DNA of 32,000 nucleotides from Candidatus Altimarinota bacterium (GTDB taxonomy: Bacteria > Patescibacteriota > Gracilibacteria > UBA1369): NCBI GenBank assembly GCA_041659405.1, contig JBAZYK010000001.1:120001-152000 (forward strand), written 5' to 3'. Made by a program: the position numbers and the translations under genes. Shown one piece after another: positions 1 through 7,740 of the stretch. Every line of letters starts with the position of its first letter. Position 1 is the first letter of the stretch. Below the pieces are notes generated by a model, which did not search any database, was not told the origin of the DNA, and worked only from the letters and a program-made list of their open reading frames with translations.

Positions 1-1959
1 AGTCAGGGACAAATTATTGGCGAAGTTGATCCAAATACCGGAAAAGTTATTTTGAAGGATAACCGCTATCATTTGGAAGTTTTGCCTGCAGAAAGGCCTC
101 TTTTGCCAACTCGTATTGTTACCAAAGAAACAGCCACCGGCCTAATTATCAATACGATGCTGCTGATTCCGGATGCGAATACAGATACCACAATCGATAA
201 ACCGGATCTGGTTTATAACTCCACCGGTGTTGGCATATTCAATGGTGTTCATGCCAAAGATGGAAATACTTTTGATGAGTTTGAATATAATAAAATTCCT
301 TCCGATGATGCCAATTATCCGGGTGGAATTGAAATCACAGAAACAACAACCAAAAAACGGGCCGCGATTTTGGATACCGGTGGAAATTTCTATGTGCTGG
401 ATAGCCGCTTAAGCCTGCGCTTAAAAGACACTACTTCTTTGGAAGATCCGCTGGTGATTGAAATTGTTTTGAATAAAGATTCCGCAAGTACGGTTATCGG
501 CGAGTTCTATGTTGCCGTACACAGCACTAAGGGTTTGCAAATGCTGCCAAAGGCCAAGTTCCAATCTTATGTGGACCAGGCCAATAGCCGTGGACCTTTG
601 TATGACAGCGACAATGACGGCATGCCGGATCAATGGGAACTTATTTATGGCTTAAGTCCAAAAGATCCTACCGATGCCGGCAAAGATAACGACAACGATG
701 GTCTGACCAATCTGGAAGAATATCGCGCAAGCACTTCTCCACTTAATCCGGATACAAACGGTGATGGCATTTCTGATGGTGATGAATTGAAATATGGCCG
801 TGCTCCTGGCAAAAAACTGGTTCTGCCTTACAGCGATATTGCGCAAAATCATCCTTACTATGAAAGTATTTTCAAGTTGTGGATTCGTCGCATTTTTGAA
901 GGAATTCCGGGCTGGGGAAAGCAGTTGTTTGAACCTGATTCTTATCTTACACGTGCCGAATATGCGGACTTAATGTTGAAGATTTTCTGTATTATTCCGC
1001 GTAAGGAAGCCTATGACGGCCCTTCACCTTTTAATGATGTACCGTATGTAAAAGGCCAATTGCCATGGTATTACGCCATTATCAAAGAAGCTTTTTTCCA
1101 GGGTTTTGTTACAGGTTATCTTAAAGATGCTAAACAAATTCCTTACAAACCAAATGGCACTATTTCACGCGCGGAAGCGGTTAAAGTGATTTTGGAAGCT
1201 CTACAAAAACAGGGAGTGATTGAGATGGGCCAGATTCCGGCATTACCCGCTGGAACGCCTTATTATGCGCCTTACATGCAAATTGCCCAGGATTTGACGC
1301 CTTATTTAAAGAAGGCCGGATCTGTTAAAAAGCCATTTATTGTTACTGCGGATGAAGCAGCGCGGCCGGAAGATCCATTAACAAGAGCCGGATTTTTGGC
1401 TATGGCTGACCGCGTTTTGACAACTTCGGATTGTTCGGTACTTGATGATGATCACGATGGCATGCCAAGTCACTGGGAACTATTAAATGGCTTGAACCCA
1501 CACAATGCCAGCGATGCGGCAAAAGATCCGGACCGTGATAACCTAACCAATTTGGAAGAATATAAACACGGAACCGACCCGCATAATCCGGATACGGATG
1601 CTGGTGGCGTTAATGATGGCGATGAGGTCAAGAAAAATGGCACATTCCCGCTTGATCCGGCTGATGATCATTCGCAGCCACTGATTTCCGCGCCTGCCAA
1701 TTTGCCTGATCCACGCAGTGATTTGACCGAAGGGGTCTACATTATTCAGGATCCATGCGCAACTTGTCCTTGTCCTTCGGCAATCGACCACACCGCCGAT
1801 CTGATTGTTGGTGATAAAGTTTTTGGTTTGATTTCCAATAATGACAAACTCAAGCCAATAATTTACAGCAAGAGCAACGAAGTTGAAATTACCGAAATCC
1901 CGCAGCCGGATGCCGCGGCAACGTCACATGTGATTATTGAAAAAGTCGTTCAACAATAA
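1..1959 (+). CDS. Large secreted/cell-surface protein, 5' end cut by the window edge; two Asp-rich thrombospondin-type-3-like Ca-binding modules flank three SLH-like segments
   Basis: Frame 1 is open from base 1, so the TTG at 52 in the ORF track is probably internal; stop at 1957-1959. Module 1 is DSDNDGMPDQWE..DNDNDGLTNLEEY..NPDTNGDGISDGDE (nt ~604-797). Module 2 is DDDHDGMPSHWE..DPDRDNLTNLEEY..NPDTDAGGVNDGDE (nt ~1441-1641). Between them lie YLTRAEYADLMLKIF, ISRAEAVKVILEAL and LTRAGFLAMADRVL, which resemble S-layer-homology domain cores. Confidence 0.7.
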   Translation, partial: SQGQIIGEVDPNTGKVILKDNRYHLEVLPAERPLLPTRIVTKETATGLIINTMLLIPDANTDTTIDKPDLVYNSTGVGIFNGVHAKDGNTFDEFEYNKIPSDDANYPGGIEITETTTKKRAAILDTGGNFYVLDSRLSLRLKDTTSLEDPLVIEIVLNKDSASTVIGEFYVAVHSTKGLQMLPKAKFQSYVDQANSRGPLYDSDNDGMPDQWELIYGLSPKDPTDAGKDNDNDGLTNLEEYRASTSPLNPDTNGDGISDGDELKYGRAPGKKLVLPYSDIAQNHPYYESIFKLWIRRIFEGIPGWGKQLFEPDSYLTRAEYADLMLKIFCIIPRKEAYDGPSPFNDVPYVKGQLPWYYAIIKEAFFQGFVTGYLKDAKQIPYKPNGTISRAEAVKVILEALQKQGVIEMGQIPALPAGTPYYAPYMQIAQDLTPYLKKAGSVKKPFIVTADEAARPEDPLTRAGFLAMADRVLTTSDCSVLDDDHDGMPSHWELLNGLNPHNASDAAKDPDRDNLTNLEEYKHGTDPHNPDTDAGGVNDGDEVKKNGTFPLDPADDHSQPLISAPANLPDPRSDLTEGVYIIQDPCATCPCPSAIDHTADLIVGDKVFGLISNNDKLKPIIYSKSNEVEITEIPQPDAAATSHVIIEKVVQQ

Positions 1960-2002
1960 CTATTTATGTCAACGTGGTGTTGTCCTCTGTATGCCCTTTT
2001 TC

Positions 2003-2011
2003 TGGTATAAT
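2003..2011 (+). promoter_or_regulatory. Putative extended -10 promoter element for the secreted-protein cluster
   Basis: TGgTATAAT lies 45 nt upstream of the ATG at 2056. The only -35-like hexamer (TTGTCC, 1980-1985) is 20 nt away, longer than optimal. Confidence 0.35.
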
Positions 2012-2055
2012 ATTAAGAAATATTCACTCAACCGAAATAGCTAAAAAATAGGCAT

Positions 2056-2709
2056 ATGCAAACGAATAAAATACAATCCGACTCTTCACAAAACCAAAAG
2101 CTTTCCCTTAAAACCCACGCCCTAATGGTGGTGATGGCCTGCTTGCTGTTTTTGGGAAATTCTTTCGATAACGCGCAAGTGCTAAAAGCTCAAGGTGGAG
2201 CCAGCGTCGACAATTCCATTCCTCTGAATATTTTTAGCAGTTATCAAACCGACACCAATTATCAGTGTGAACCTGCCATGAAAGAGTTTGCTTCAAAGCA
2301 ACTTGAGGATTTTCGTAAGTTTACCGAAACAAATTTTCAAAATAAAAGTTCAACGGCTTCATTGCTTGATAACGCCATTCAAAAATATCGTGAGTTGCGT
2401 AAAGGCTTAATGGCGGCTTATTCCCAGTATTATCCAAACCAGGGGGCCTTTATTTTAAGCATTGCGGCACAGCCGAATTCCTGTTTGAAAATTGTTCAAG
2501 ACACGCTTGGTGATGCCCAGATTCTGTTAAAAACTCATGCAATTACAACTTCCGGAGTTAAAAAATCTTCGGGGCTTTTGGAAAAATATCAATCGATCAA
2601 TGGTCAACTTCAAAATCTTAACCAGCAATTTACAAGTATGAAAGCCCTTTTTGACACTTTCTCGCAAAAATTGCCATGTTACGTCAAGAAAGGTGAATGC
2701 CTTAAATAG
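2056..2709 (+). CDS. Secreted/membrane-anchored hypothetical protein, cluster paralog 1 (217 aa)
   Basis: ATG start. N-terminal hydrophobic segment HALMVVMACLLFLGNSF. Helical Q/N/K-rich body. Motifs SCLKIVQD and DNAIQKYRELRKGLMAAYSQYYP. C-terminus ...LPCYVKKGECLK. Confidence 0.7.
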   Translation: MQTNKIQSDSSQNQKLSLKTHALMVVMACLLFLGNSFDNAQVLKAQGGASVDNSIPLNIFSSYQTDTNYQCEPAMKEFASKQLEDFRKFTETNFQNKSSTASLLDNAIQKYRELRKGLMAAYSQYYPNQGAFILSIAAQPNSCLKIVQDTLGDAQILLKTHAITTSGVKKSSGLLEKYQSINGQLQNLNQQFTSMKALFDTFSQKLPCYVKKGECLK

Positions 2710-2742
2710 CCCGGAACAAGCCTGATTGTTAAAATAAAAACT

Positions 2743-3447
2743 ATGAAAAATCTTATTAAAACTCTACCAATTCGCTTAAAGGTAACCATTGGCCTGATGC
2801 TGATGCTGGTGATTTTTCTGTTGTTCAATGTGGTTAAACTAAGGGCTTTGCAATCTTCATATACTTTTTACGACAATCCGGATCTTTCGATTTCTGATGT
2901 CATGACCGCTTATCATACATACATAAATGATACGGTTAATGGTTACACCAGCACCATGCTGGCGGCTCCGCTTACAGATAAACGCGGTAATCCACCGGAA
3001 AACAGTAATAATTGTCCCGACGATCCGCAGAAAAACTTTAGTACTTATTGTTTAGCTGTTCAGCTTATAGGAGATGATGGCAAGAATTTTAAAGGATTCA
3101 TTAACTACAAAACAGCGCTACAGAATCGCAGAAATCAGTTGGCAGATAAAGATCCGCTAAATCCTTATGTCCAGGGGGCGGTTAACATGGTCGATTCTTT
3201 AACGGCAATCCGTTATTTTGCCATAAGACAGACAAATCTTGACAAGGAAATTGATAATGCAAAGAAAGCCATAGATACAACTTTGGCCACTTATGATGAG
3301 TTGCGAATTCTTTATCCGATGCATAAAGAATATGTAAATATTTTTAATGCTTTGGTGAATTATCGTGACAAACTGGTGGAAGTACGCCATGAAACAGACC
3401 AATTCCCATCACGATTTATTGACGTGACCACCTCTAAATGTACGTAA
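2743..3447 (+). CDS. Membrane-anchored/secreted hypothetical protein, cluster paralog 2 (234 aa)
   Basis: N-terminal TM/signal anchor VTIGLMLMLVIFLLFNVV. Motifs YCLAVQLIGD and IDNAKKAIDTTLATYDELRILYP. C-terminus ...TTSKCT. Starts 33 nt after the previous stop. Confidence 0.7.
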   Translation: MKNLIKTLPIRLKVTIGLMLMLVIFLLFNVVKLRALQSSYTFYDNPDLSISDVMTAYHTYINDTVNGYTSTMLAAPLTDKRGNPPENSNNCPDDPQKNFSTYCLAVQLIGDDGKNFKGFINYKTALQNRRNQLADKDPLNPYVQGAVNMVDSLTAIRYFAIRQTNLDKEIDNAKKAIDTTLATYDELRILYPMHKEYVNIFNALVNYRDKLVEVRHETDQFPSRFIDVTTSKCT

Positions 3448-3451
3448 AACT

Positions 3452-5218
3452 ATGAAAAAAATACTCTACATTTTGGGGTTTCTGATGTTCTCGACGGCAT
3501 TGTTGAGCCCGTTTGTAAGTCATAGAGTTTTTGGGGCCGACACTCAAAATCAGGACACTGACTGCAAAAAAGCGGGCAGCTATTCCGAATCGCAAAAGTG
3601 CGTGCCATTTAGCACCGTAAGTATTTTTAATAAACTCAGCATTTTAGATAAAAAATGGGGCGATATTTTTGGAAGCGAAGATCCCACTGTTCTTGGACAA
3701 GGTATGTATAATTTTATTTACAAAGAAGTTGGCGTAAGCCCGGAAGTTAACGCCGCGAAAAATGTTACCGGCAAATATGGCACTACAGAAGCCGAAATGG
3801 CCCAAATCCTTACCGGCAATATTTCATCGATTTTAAAGAAGTATCCTTCATTACCGCAAGAAGTGGCAATGAAAAAAGTGGCGGAAATTCAGCAACAGTT
3901 TCAGGATGAAAAGGATATATTGGCTTTAAAAAACAGTATTGAAGCCACAGTTACTCCAAGTGAAATGTTTACAAATGGAACGACAACAGACTCCGGTTTT
4001 GACCTGGTAGAAGACCTGCGTGACATTGAAACGATTCTATTCTTGAAGTCCGATCCGATTGATGTTGGTGCAAACTGGGTCGGTAATAATGATCCAAATG
4101 CCGGTTATGCTTATAATCCTCCGGGTGGAGGAGGAGCCGGTGGCAATGCAGGCGGTGCCGGTGGTGGCGCAGGCGGTAACGCAGGCGGGGCCGGCGCAGG
4201 TCAGGCAAATAATCAACAAAATGCAAATCAGGTGGCACAGAATAAAGTCCCAAAGACGCCTTCCGCCAATCCGAATATTTGTTTTGGTAATAATAGCCTG
4301 GCTCAAGCCGTGAATTCTTTTGATAAAGCCAATCCCCCTGCTCAAAACCCTGTGTCCGGGAATCAAAAACAGCAAAATGCCGGCGCGGGTTCAAACGAAA
4401 ATTCTGCTTTAACTGCAGGTGGAAGCTTAGATATTTTGCCTATTAATGAGCCACAAACTCCGCCGGTGGTAGCGGCTCCCGCAGGCCAATGGGGTAAAAA
4501 AGATCCGTGTGATGATAAAGTTTTCTGCCTACAGGTGAATTTTGTGATGAAACCGGTTGAACTATTTCAAACACCGGATAACTGCATTGCCTGCCATGTG
4601 GAAAAAATTAATGCAAAATTAAAAGACACAATTGGTCATAGTTTGACTCCGGGTAAAGCTACCGGAAACCTGATGGAACCTGAAATCTGTAAAACGGCGG
4701 CCGCGACCTCGTTTGGAACGTTGGCATTTAATTTTTATGCCGTACCAAAGCCGGTTCAGACTCCAGCCAATGACGATTTAATTTATGGAACAAGCATTGT
4801 TGATGAGTGGAGCAGCTTTGTTGGCACATACAAGCCATTTCCGTTCTATGAAAAAAATCCACCCAAAGCAAGCGATACAAAGGCGGATTTAATTCCTCCT
4901 TCCGAAATTGAGCGTGCCACCAAGTCGGCAATTGCCAATGCAGCTCCAGATGCCACTTTTGAGCAGATCCAAAAGGCGGTAACCGATGAGCTTAACGCCA
5001 ATCAACAACTCAGAAATCAGCAAATTGGCATAGCCGAGCCTTCAACCCAGAGCGATAACGATGTTGGCTTTTATCAGTCAATTCTTCGTCAGTTGGAACA
5101 AATGAATTTTTATTTCGATAATTTTAAAAATATTTTGCACAGTCTTCATGAACCGGTAGACAGTATTCCCGGCCAGCAAGCCTGCACCGAACTAAAAAAT
5201 AAGAAACAGTGTGACTGA
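3452..5218 (+). CDS. Secreted hypothetical protein, cluster paralog 3 (588 aa), with a Gly/Ala- and Gln/Asn-rich low-complexity linker
   Basis: Sec-type signal MKKILYILGFLMFSTALLSPFVSHRVFG/AD. Starts 4 nt after the previous stop. Linker PPGGGGAGGNAGGAGGGAGGNAGGAGAGQANNQQNANQ. Cys-rich core DPCDDKVFCLQVNF..NCIACH..EICK. C-terminus ...QQACTELKNKKQCD. Confidence 0.75.
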   Translation: MKKILYILGFLMFSTALLSPFVSHRVFGADTQNQDTDCKKAGSYSESQKCVPFSTVSIFNKLSILDKKWGDIFGSEDPTVLGQGMYNFIYKEVGVSPEVNAAKNVTGKYGTTEAEMAQILTGNISSILKKYPSLPQEVAMKKVAEIQQQFQDEKDILALKNSIEATVTPSEMFTNGTTTDSGFDLVEDLRDIETILFLKSDPIDVGANWVGNNDPNAGYAYNPPGGGGAGGNAGGAGGGAGGNAGGAGAGQANNQQNANQVAQNKVPKTPSANPNICFGNNSLAQAVNSFDKANPPAQNPVSGNQKQQNAGAGSNENSALTAGGSLDILPINEPQTPPVVAAPAGQWGKKDPCDDKVFCLQVNFVMKPVELFQTPDNCIACHVEKINAKLKDTIGHSLTPGKATGNLMEPEICKTAAATSFGTLAFNFYAVPKPVQTPANDDLIYGTSIVDEWSSFVGTYKPFPFYEKNPPKASDTKADLIPPSEIERATKSAIANAAPDATFEQIQKAVTDELNANQQLRNQQIGIAEPSTQSDNDVGFYQSILRQLEQMNFYFDNFKNILHSLHEPVDSIPGQQACTELKNKKQCD

Positions 5219-5234
5219 GGCGACTGATGAGCTC

Positions 5235-5283
5235 ATTGGCCATAGCTGAGTGAGCGCATGCGAACGAAGCTAATATGGCCAAT
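5235..5283. repeat. GC-rich hairpin element between cluster genes 3 and 4
   Basis: Perfect 10-bp inverted repeat ATTGGCCATA / TATGGCCAAT encloses 29 nt (gctgagtgagcgcatgcgaacgaagctaa), including the palindrome CGCATGCG. No T-tract follows. The sub-motifs AGCTGAGTGAGCG and GCATGCGAACGAAGC resemble the hairpin modules of the dispersed repeat family at 6494, 6694 and 23461. Confidence 0.55.
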
Positions 5284-5351
5284 AGAGCGAAGAAGGAGCC
5301 TCAAAACGGAGAAAAAGGTAAAAAAGAATCCTCAAAAAAACTAAAAAACTT

Positions 5352-6467
5352 ATGAAAAAAACTCAACTTATTATTACCGGCCTGCTGATCTTTACCCTTG
5401 GAATCTCCCAAAATTCCGGGACGAATGGTAGTGCTAATCCAAGCTCAGTAATTTCCGCATTTTCAGAGATGCAAGTTGCCCTGGCCGCTGACCCGAATGC
5501 CGTGGCTCAATTGGGCAATGAACTCATTTGTAAAGGTGGTAGCCGTGACTGGATTGCCTTCCTTTCCGCCGTAATCAGCTATGACGATTTTGTTGAGTAC
5601 TGGCGCGATATTATTGGTATGCCCCCGGCATTTGTTAACAGCCGTTATGCCGCCAACTATTGTCTATTTTTGGATGTTGATAACCTTTTAAACAGGGTCA
5701 AAAAGGCCCGTGAACAGCTGCGTAAAGCCTTTTATGCCTGTGATCCAAACTCAGCCTCATTTAAAAAAACATATTATCGCCTGGAAGCGGAACTTTTCTT
5801 TTTACGAAAATATATTAACGTGAGCAGTGGTACGATAATTCCGGTAAATGAACAAAAAGTTTACGACCAACTAAGCGCATATTATGTTTTAGATAAGAAC
5901 GCATTCACTAAAGATGAAATCAAACTGCTTTTTGATCAATTGAAATCAAAATATGCGGCACGCATGGAAAGTTACATCCAATGTAAAGATCCCGGATGGG
6001 AAGATCTAATGTTAAAAATTAGAGAATTAAGGGATAACGTAAAAGGTGGTTTTGGCATAAAAGAGGCAGCCGAAACCATTAAAAACAGCTTCAATAAAGT
6101 TATCAATACTCCACTAAAAAGATCCGGAAACTTTCTTGGGGGGCTTTTGGATGGCAAAATCAATGGGGTCAGTCCATTACAGGCCTGGGGTGACATTATG
6201 CAGGAAATCAGTAGCAATGCGCCAACCGGTTATTCTTTTGATCGATTACAAACTGCCACAGTTACGGAGCAGTCCAGATATGACAATGCCATTCAAAAAG
6301 CAACCTATTTGGCTCAGTACGAAGCACTTTATAAGAATAGCTCCGCCGAAATTTTCTCCAGTATTATGGACCGTTTGACCAGTCTGGAGGGAATTATTAC
6401 CAAGACCTTCAACTACATGAATCAAACCACCCAGTGCGCAAAGGGCTTGTTGGATAAGGCGTGCTAA
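5352..6467 (+). CDS. Secreted hypothetical protein, cluster paralog 4 (371 aa)
   Basis: Signal peptide MKKTQLIITGLLIFTLGISQ. Motifs YCLFLDVDN and YDNAIQKATYLAQYEALYKN. C-terminus ...TTQCAKGLLDKAC. Confidence 0.75.
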   Translation: MKKTQLIITGLLIFTLGISQNSGTNGSANPSSVISAFSEMQVALAADPNAVAQLGNELICKGGSRDWIAFLSAVISYDDFVEYWRDIIGMPPAFVNSRYAANYCLFLDVDNLLNRVKKAREQLRKAFYACDPNSASFKKTYYRLEAELFFLRKYINVSSGTIIPVNEQKVYDQLSAYYVLDKNAFTKDEIKLLFDQLKSKYAARMESYIQCKDPGWEDLMLKIRELRDNVKGGFGIKEAAETIKNSFNKVINTPLKRSGNFLGGLLDGKINGVSPLQAWGDIMQEISSNAPTGYSFDRLQTATVTEQSRYDNAIQKATYLAQYEALYKNSSAEIFSSIMDRLTSLEGIITKTFNYMNQTTQCAKGLLDKAC

Positions 6468-6493
6468 CAAGGTGGTAATGGCGTTGCAAGCAA

Positions 6494-6533
6494 AGCTCAG
6501 CTTGCGATAGAAATGAACACTTCGTGCATGGTG
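6494..6533 (+). repeat. Dispersed GC-rich repeat, family 1, copy A
   Basis: AGCTCAGCTTGCGATAGAAATGAACACTTCGTGCATGGTG. About 30 of 37 aligned positions match copy C (23461) by eye. Lies immediately 3' of the 5352-6467 CDS. Confidence 0.7.
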
Positions 6534-6545
6534 ACATAAAAAAAA

Positions 6546-6570
6546 CCCCTAATGACATAGGAGTTTTTTT
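6546..6570 (+). terminator. Possible weak rho-independent terminator after the secreted-protein cluster
   Basis: AAAAA-CCCCTAatgacaTAGGAG-TTTTTTT. The stem is short and imperfect (one mismatch), but a T7 tract follows. Confidence 0.4.
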
Positions 6571-6693
6571 AAGGCTTTCTAGGGCTTATAGTTAAAGTTC
6601 TTTCTGCAGCTTAGCGCTTTTACAAGCGTTTTCCCAATCGGGCTTCCGAAAAATGATTCGGTTGTCCCTTCCTCCCGGGCCATTTTTGGAGAG

Positions 6694-6735
6694 GAGCTTG
6701 CTCCGCTCGCGGTAGAAGTAAGCACTTCGCGCGTG
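6694..6735 (+). repeat. Dispersed GC-rich repeat, family 1, copy B
   Basis: GAGCTTGCTCCGCTCGCGGTAGAAGTAAGCACTTCGCGCGTG. About 32 of 37 aligned positions match copy C by eye. Embedded in a GC-rich non-coding island. Confidence 0.7.
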
Positions 6736-6824
6736 GAGGATGGTTTAAGCTACATAGTCCCAGGGCGGTGGCCCAGACGACGGGACGCGCTCATGCGCAC
6801 TTGCCAATTCAGTTTTGGCAGGGC

Positions 6825-7013
6825 TCAGTGGAGCACATACGAGAGAATTGTTCCTTTGAACTTTTCTCTCCATGTTATGTTTTCACTGGTTTGTGGGGAT
6901 TTTTTTATTCCGGTCAATGTTCCGATAATTTCACTGTTATCAGTTCTGCAATACATGCAGCGTTCACATTTAGTGGAAATAGATATCCCGCAATTGAGAC
7001 AATTAAAGATCAT
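6825..7013 (-). CDS. Possible small zinc-ribbon protein (62 aa)
   Basis: N-terminus MIFNCLNCGISISTKCERCMYC has CxxC-x8-CxxCxxC spacing typical of zinc ribbons. Lies 58 nt downstream of the HTH gene on the same strand. No clear RBS, and the C-terminal half looks non-descript. Confidence 0.3.
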   Translation of the reverse strand: MIFNCLNCGISISTKCERCMYCRTDNSEIIGTLTGIKKSPQTSENITWREKFKGTILSYVLH

Positions 7014-7071
7014 TCTTTAAGTTGGTTTGATTTTGTATGTAAATGAAGATGTTTTTCAATTTGTAGTACCC

Positions 7072-7539
7072 CTATTCAAGGACGTAGTGGTCCAGTTCGA
7101 ACATTTTATCTGCTGGATCAAGCCGTTTTTTGGGTACAACATTACCGTCAGGATTCTTTGGGGAATCTGACTTTTTTGATTTGCCGGATGGGAATTCAGG
7201 TAACATCAGCTCTTTTGGATTTAAGGCCGGTGCTGCTTTTATTACTACATTTTCGTGTTGTTCGATATTTGGACTTTTTAAAGCATCTTCTTTCGTCTCT
7301 ACTACGAGGTCGAGTGAAACTTGAGAAGTTTCTTTGGGAGTCAAACTCTTTCTGGACTTTGCTACAGACGTCTCCGCCTGCTCATCCAGAAAGCGACTAA
7401 CATCGCTTTCACGGATCCGATATACCCTTCCCAACTTACTGGCCTTCAATTTACCTTGTTTTATAAATTTTAAGACAGTGAAGGGGTGCATTTGCAACTT
7501 CTGGGCAACCTGATCTGGAGTAAGAATATTTTCTTCCAT
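7072..7539 (-). CDS. Excisionase/MerR-type helix-turn-helix DNA-binding protein with a disordered C-terminal tail (155 aa)
   Basis: N-terminus LTPDQVAQKLQMHPFTVLKFIKQGKLKASKLGRVYRIRESDVSRFL matches the excisionase-family HTH pattern (LT..eaA..L.v....v......G.l.a.k.Gr.wri....l..fl). Confidence 0.7.
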   Translation of the reverse strand: MEENILTPDQVAQKLQMHPFTVLKFIKQGKLKASKLGRVYRIRESDVSRFLDEQAETSVAKSRKSLTPKETSQVSLDLVVETKEDALKSPNIEQHENVVIKAAPALNPKELMLPEFPSGKSKKSDSPKNPDGNVVPKKRLDPADKMFELDHYVLE

Positions 7540-7740
7540 CTAGCTCAACTTTAATTAGTAATAAGTCATTGGGGCTTGATTTAAAAGTTTTTAAACCTTT
7601 TAACCAATCCAAGACAATCTAACTAAAGTTTAACATTATTTTAATGAACAGACAATGATATAAACCTTTGTTTATTTATCTGGGATACTTATATCACAAA
7701 CAACATAACTATTCAAGATTTTTAGCAAGTTAATTTAAGT

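Noticed and set aside
3969-4394. Antisense and off-frame ORFs (3969-4394 -, 4037-4375 -, 4059-4313 +) overlapping cluster gene 3
   Set aside because: They are by-products of the GC-rich Gly/Ala low-complexity tract. Their composition is implausible (His/Arg/Leu runs) and they are fully nested in a much longer, better-supported CDS.
6733-7046. Plus-strand ORFs 6733-7020 and 6768-7046 in the GC-rich island
   Set aside because: They have alternative or weak starts and Arg/Cys/Trp-rich junk-like composition, and they run antisense through the better-looking Zn-ribbon ORF. They were used only to show the phase of repeat copy B.
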